The translations under genes were made by a program, and so were the position numbers. The notes beneath the pieces are model-generated. The model worked only from the letters and a program-made list of their open reading frames with translations, had not been told where the DNA came from and ran no database searches. A stretch of DNA of 64,000 nucleotides from Mobula hypostoma (Eukaryota): positions 70,184,001 to 70,248,000 of the forward strand of contig NC_086101.1 in assembly GCF_963921235.1 (NCBI RefSeq), written 5' to 3'. Below are positions 60,698 through 64,000 of the stretch, piece after piece (within the stretch, counting starts at the first letter, position 1; each line of letters opens with the position of its first letter).

Positions 60698-62967
60698 TAT
60701 ACTCGGTGGCCATTTTATTAGGTACTTCTGTAAATTCACTCATTACTGCATATATCTAATCAGCCAATCTTGTGGTAGTGCAGGTTTCTGCAAATAAAAT
60801 GAAGTGAGGCATTTTATGTTTAATGAAACAATTAACACTTTTTATTGAACTCCAAAACCTACACCACAAAATCGCACTAAAAAACTTTTACGTAATAATG
60901 TCATCACGTCAAACCAGACTCTTAAAGCAAAACCCCAACTCAATGTCGGTGGTTGTGAATTATATACATTTCTCTAGAAGAACCGCAGGTACCTCTGGCT
61001 CATCCTAAGGTGTGTTGACACGCTCATAGTCATGTTGTGATGCCAGGGGCATGGCAGCGTAATCCTCCAAATTTTGGTGGGCCAGTTTAAGGCAATCTAC
61101 CAAAATACATTCTGGTTTATCCCTCTTATCTTTAATAAAAGTATTTTTTCCCTGTTGCAAAATCCAAAACAGGTCATCGTAAGGGGGCCTAAAGGGATGT
61201 TGGTGTGTGTCAAGGTAGGCAAAAACAAGCGAGGTGGAATGTAGGTCAACAGGTACCCAAGAGTGCTCTATGCCATGATGGGAAGTAGGAATAGGTGAAA
61301 AGGAATTGAATTCACTGAGGAGGGTGGAACACTGTTGAGAGGCCGACAAGGCTGACATGGCATCAGGAATGGAATCACTTGGCACTCATAACAGCTGCCA
61401 TATACCAACTCAGCTATGGATGATTGCAAGTCGTCCTTTGGAGCAGTTCAGAGCCCCAGCAGGGCCTATAGCAGCCAATCACGCTCATTGGTCAGGGAAG
61501 CCCTCAGAGCAGCCTTAAGAAGCGGTGAAAACACTCACGTAGGCCGTTGGATTGTGGGCGATATGCCATTGTGTGATTTATCTTAACGCCAAGGTTCTGT
61601 GCCATCACAGCCCAGAGGTTTGATATCAGTTGGGGACTGCGGTCAGAGGAAATACCAGATGGGTGTCAAACCGAGCAACCCAGGTGCTGATTAATGCGCG
61701 AGCCACATCTGTGGCCATTGTTGATGCTAGAGAGACAACCTTTGGCGACCTGGTGGTACGGTCCACCACGGTAAGGAGGTACGTGAAACCATGCGATGGT
61801 GGAAAAGGACCAAGAAGTCCACGTTGACATGGTCAAACCATCACTCTCAAAAATGGTCAATGGCGCATGAACATGATGGTTCATTTTTATCTGCTGGCAC
61901 TCCACACAAGTTGCAGTCCAATCACACACATTCTTTCCGAGGCCGTGCCAAACAAACTTTAGTGCAACTGTTTTCTGTGAAGCCTTTCGACGCTAATGCG
62001 AGAGGCCATGTATGGAGTCTAAAACTGTCTGCAGAAGGCAACTGGTATTCATCATGTTCAGGCAGACTCACCACTTTCTCCCTTGTGGTATTGCTGAGCG
62101 ATGCTACCACATAGAAATATTTGGTGTTGCTGGCGGAGATTTTTCGCAGGGCGAATTGGGCTTCAGCTCGTACGAACTAGGTGATGGCAGTCTGGCTCCC
62201 AAAACTCTGGCAGTTTTAATGAGACTGCTTTGGCCGACATGTTCAATAACTTTGGTATTGTCCTCGAACTTCAGGGTCACCGATGTATGTTTCTGCAAAT
62301 AAAACAAAGTGAGACTTTTTATGTTTAACGAAACCCAAAATACTTTTTATTGAACTCCAAAACCTGCACCACAACAGCCCACTAAAAACCTTTTTGTAAT
62401 AATGTCATCGTGTCAGACCAGCCTCTTAAAGTGAATCCCCAACTCAATGTCTGTGGTGGTGAATTATGCACATTTCTCCCAATTATATTACCCTACAGTA
62501 GCAACTCAATGCATAAAAGCATGCTGACATGGTCAAGAGGTTCAGTTGTTGTTCAGACCAAATATCAGAATGGGGAGTTATGTGATCTAAGTGACTTTGA
62601 TCGAGGAATGATTGTTGGTGCCAGATGGTATGGTTTGAGTATTTCAGAAACTGCCTATCAGCTGGGATATTCATGTAAAACATTCTCTGGAGTTTACAGA
62701 GAACGGTGTGAAAAACAAAAACATTCACTGAGTGGTTGTTCGGTGACCAGAAACACCTTGTTCATGAATGAGGTCAGAGAATAATCACAAGAGTGATTCA
62801 ACCTGACAGGAAGGCGAGACTAACTCAAATAACCACATGTTACAACAGTGGTGTGCAGAAGAGCATCTCTGAATGCACGTCATGTCGAACCTTGAAATGG
62901 CTGGGCTGCAGCAACAGAACACTACAAAAGTACAGAAATACATGCAGTGGCCACTTTATTAGGTACG
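60698..62967 (+). mobile_element. Tc1/mariner non-autonomous element split by a Gypsy insertion
   Basis: Transposase N-terminal HTH remnant DLSDFDRGMIVGARWYGLSISETA..LG and QPDRKARLTQITTCYNSGVQKSISECTSCRTL. Terminal motif GTGGCCA(T/C)TTTATTAGGTAC. Confidence 0.8.
60779..62497 (-). mobile_element. Internally deleted Gypsy LTR retrotransposon with two LTRs
   Basis: Direct repeats at 60779-~60975 and 62284-62497 (TG..CA); 4-bp TSD GTAG (60775-60778 and 62498-62501); PBS-like CGGTGACCCTGA on the minus strand; integrase remnants CVECQQIK, PFPPSHGFTYLLTVVDRTTR and AYRPQSNGL. Confidence 0.88.
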
Positions 62968-62969
62968 TC

Positions 62970-63393
62970 CTCAATCAGCATTGTAGACTTGTTCTAGTGT
63001 TAGATTTGCATCAGCGATGATCTTCGCAGACTCATCAATGAATTTATTTGCTACTTCATGATCAGCAGATGTTTTATCTTTAAATTTGTTTTAAATTTTG
63101 CCTTTTCTAAAATTTCTGCAACCAGCCTGCTGAATATTCACAATTACATTTACATTTCAGTTTGACTTGATAGATCTTCAATTTTCGCTTTACGTAATGT
63201 TTTTCCATTTTTCATTAACTTCTGTTCATCACACATGTGAGATCACTTATCAGAACTGTCTGTGATGAGCAGAGACCTATGCATCACCCGGGAACCTTCC
63301 AGTTCCCTGTGGAATTTTCCTTTTGTGACGCCATGTCAGTGCACAAATTCAGATTTCAGATTTTGGAATTTCCGATAAAGGATACTCAACCTG
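62970..63393 (-). mobile_element. pogo/Tigger DNA transposon remnant
   Basis: TIR-like CAGGTTGAGTATC; minus-strand peptides CEYSAGWLQKF and SADHEVANKFIDESAKIIADANLTLEQVYNAD (CENP-B/Jerky-like transposase). Confidence 0.78.
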
Positions 63394-63739
63394 AAATGTC
63401 TTCAGTTTACATAAGACACTGAGATTTTGACAAAAACGTTGCTTGTTTTGAGAAAACTACATTTCTAGTTTTGTATTAGAAACCTGTCCAATAGCAATAT
63501 TTAAAGTAAATCTTCAACAGTGAGAGAAGAGAATTTGTATGGTGTATAAATCTAACTCTAAGCTTGCCCTTTGTTTTTATCTTGCCAACATGATCGATCT
63601 TTGCAGTTCTTATTTGGAAAAGAAAGCCTGAGGCTTAGATTCCAATTGTTTGATAACACTTGTGTGGCTTTGTATCTTTTTAAAAATCTGGGCATTTCTC
63701 ATCTGAAGTCACGCTTGCTGCATCCCTGATGCCACATGC

Positions 63740-64000
63740 ACATTGGAGGGAAGAATGAAGTGTAGACTGTTTTCTAAATGGGGAGATAATTCAGAAGTCT
63801 TGAATGTCCTAGTTCATGATTCTGTCAAGTTGTCAGTATTAAAAAAGGCAAATGCAATATTAGCATTCATATGGAGTCATAGAGAAGTACAGAACAGGAA
63901 CAGGCCCTTTGCCCCATCTAGTCCATGCTGAAACCATTTAAACTGCCTACTCCCAACAACCTGCACCGGGACCATAGCCCTCCATATCCCTACTATCCAC
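63740..64000. mobile_element. CR1 fragments (+ RT piece, then a - strand 3' tail)
   Basis: KKANAILAFI motif. CATAGAGAAGTACAG..CAG..CAGGCCCTT..GCCCATCTAGTCCATG also occurs at ~58690-58750. Confidence 0.6.

Overview
Repeat-dense, apparently non-coding (intronic or intergenic) vertebrate DNA. The repeat mix (CR1 LINEs, Rex1/Babar LINEs, V-SINE/HE1-type SINEs, many Penelope fragments) suggests a cartilaginous fish such as a ray or shark; this is inference. I found no supportable host exon, and the recognisable ORFs are decayed transposon fragments. Main elements: a 5'-truncated Penelope-like element (PLE, RT + GIY-YIG, 29197-31685, perfect 14-bp TSD) whose 3' terminal repeat carries a minimal type-I hammerhead ribozyme (HHR); about a dozen short dispersed copies of that HHR-bearing end, many with TSD-like flanks, several as fold-back inverted pairs, with breakpoints clustering at the ribozyme; a non-autonomous Helitron with STPR-like coding repeats inside a CR1; a piggyBac MITE; a class I (epsilon/gamma-like) endogenous retrovirus remnant split by a hAT MITE; two Gypsy remnants (one nested in a Tc1 element); solo LTRs; and a Tigger/pogo remnant. 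The most notable signal is the HHR-anchored mini-PLE family. All alignments were done by eye, so boundaries of decayed elements are approximate.
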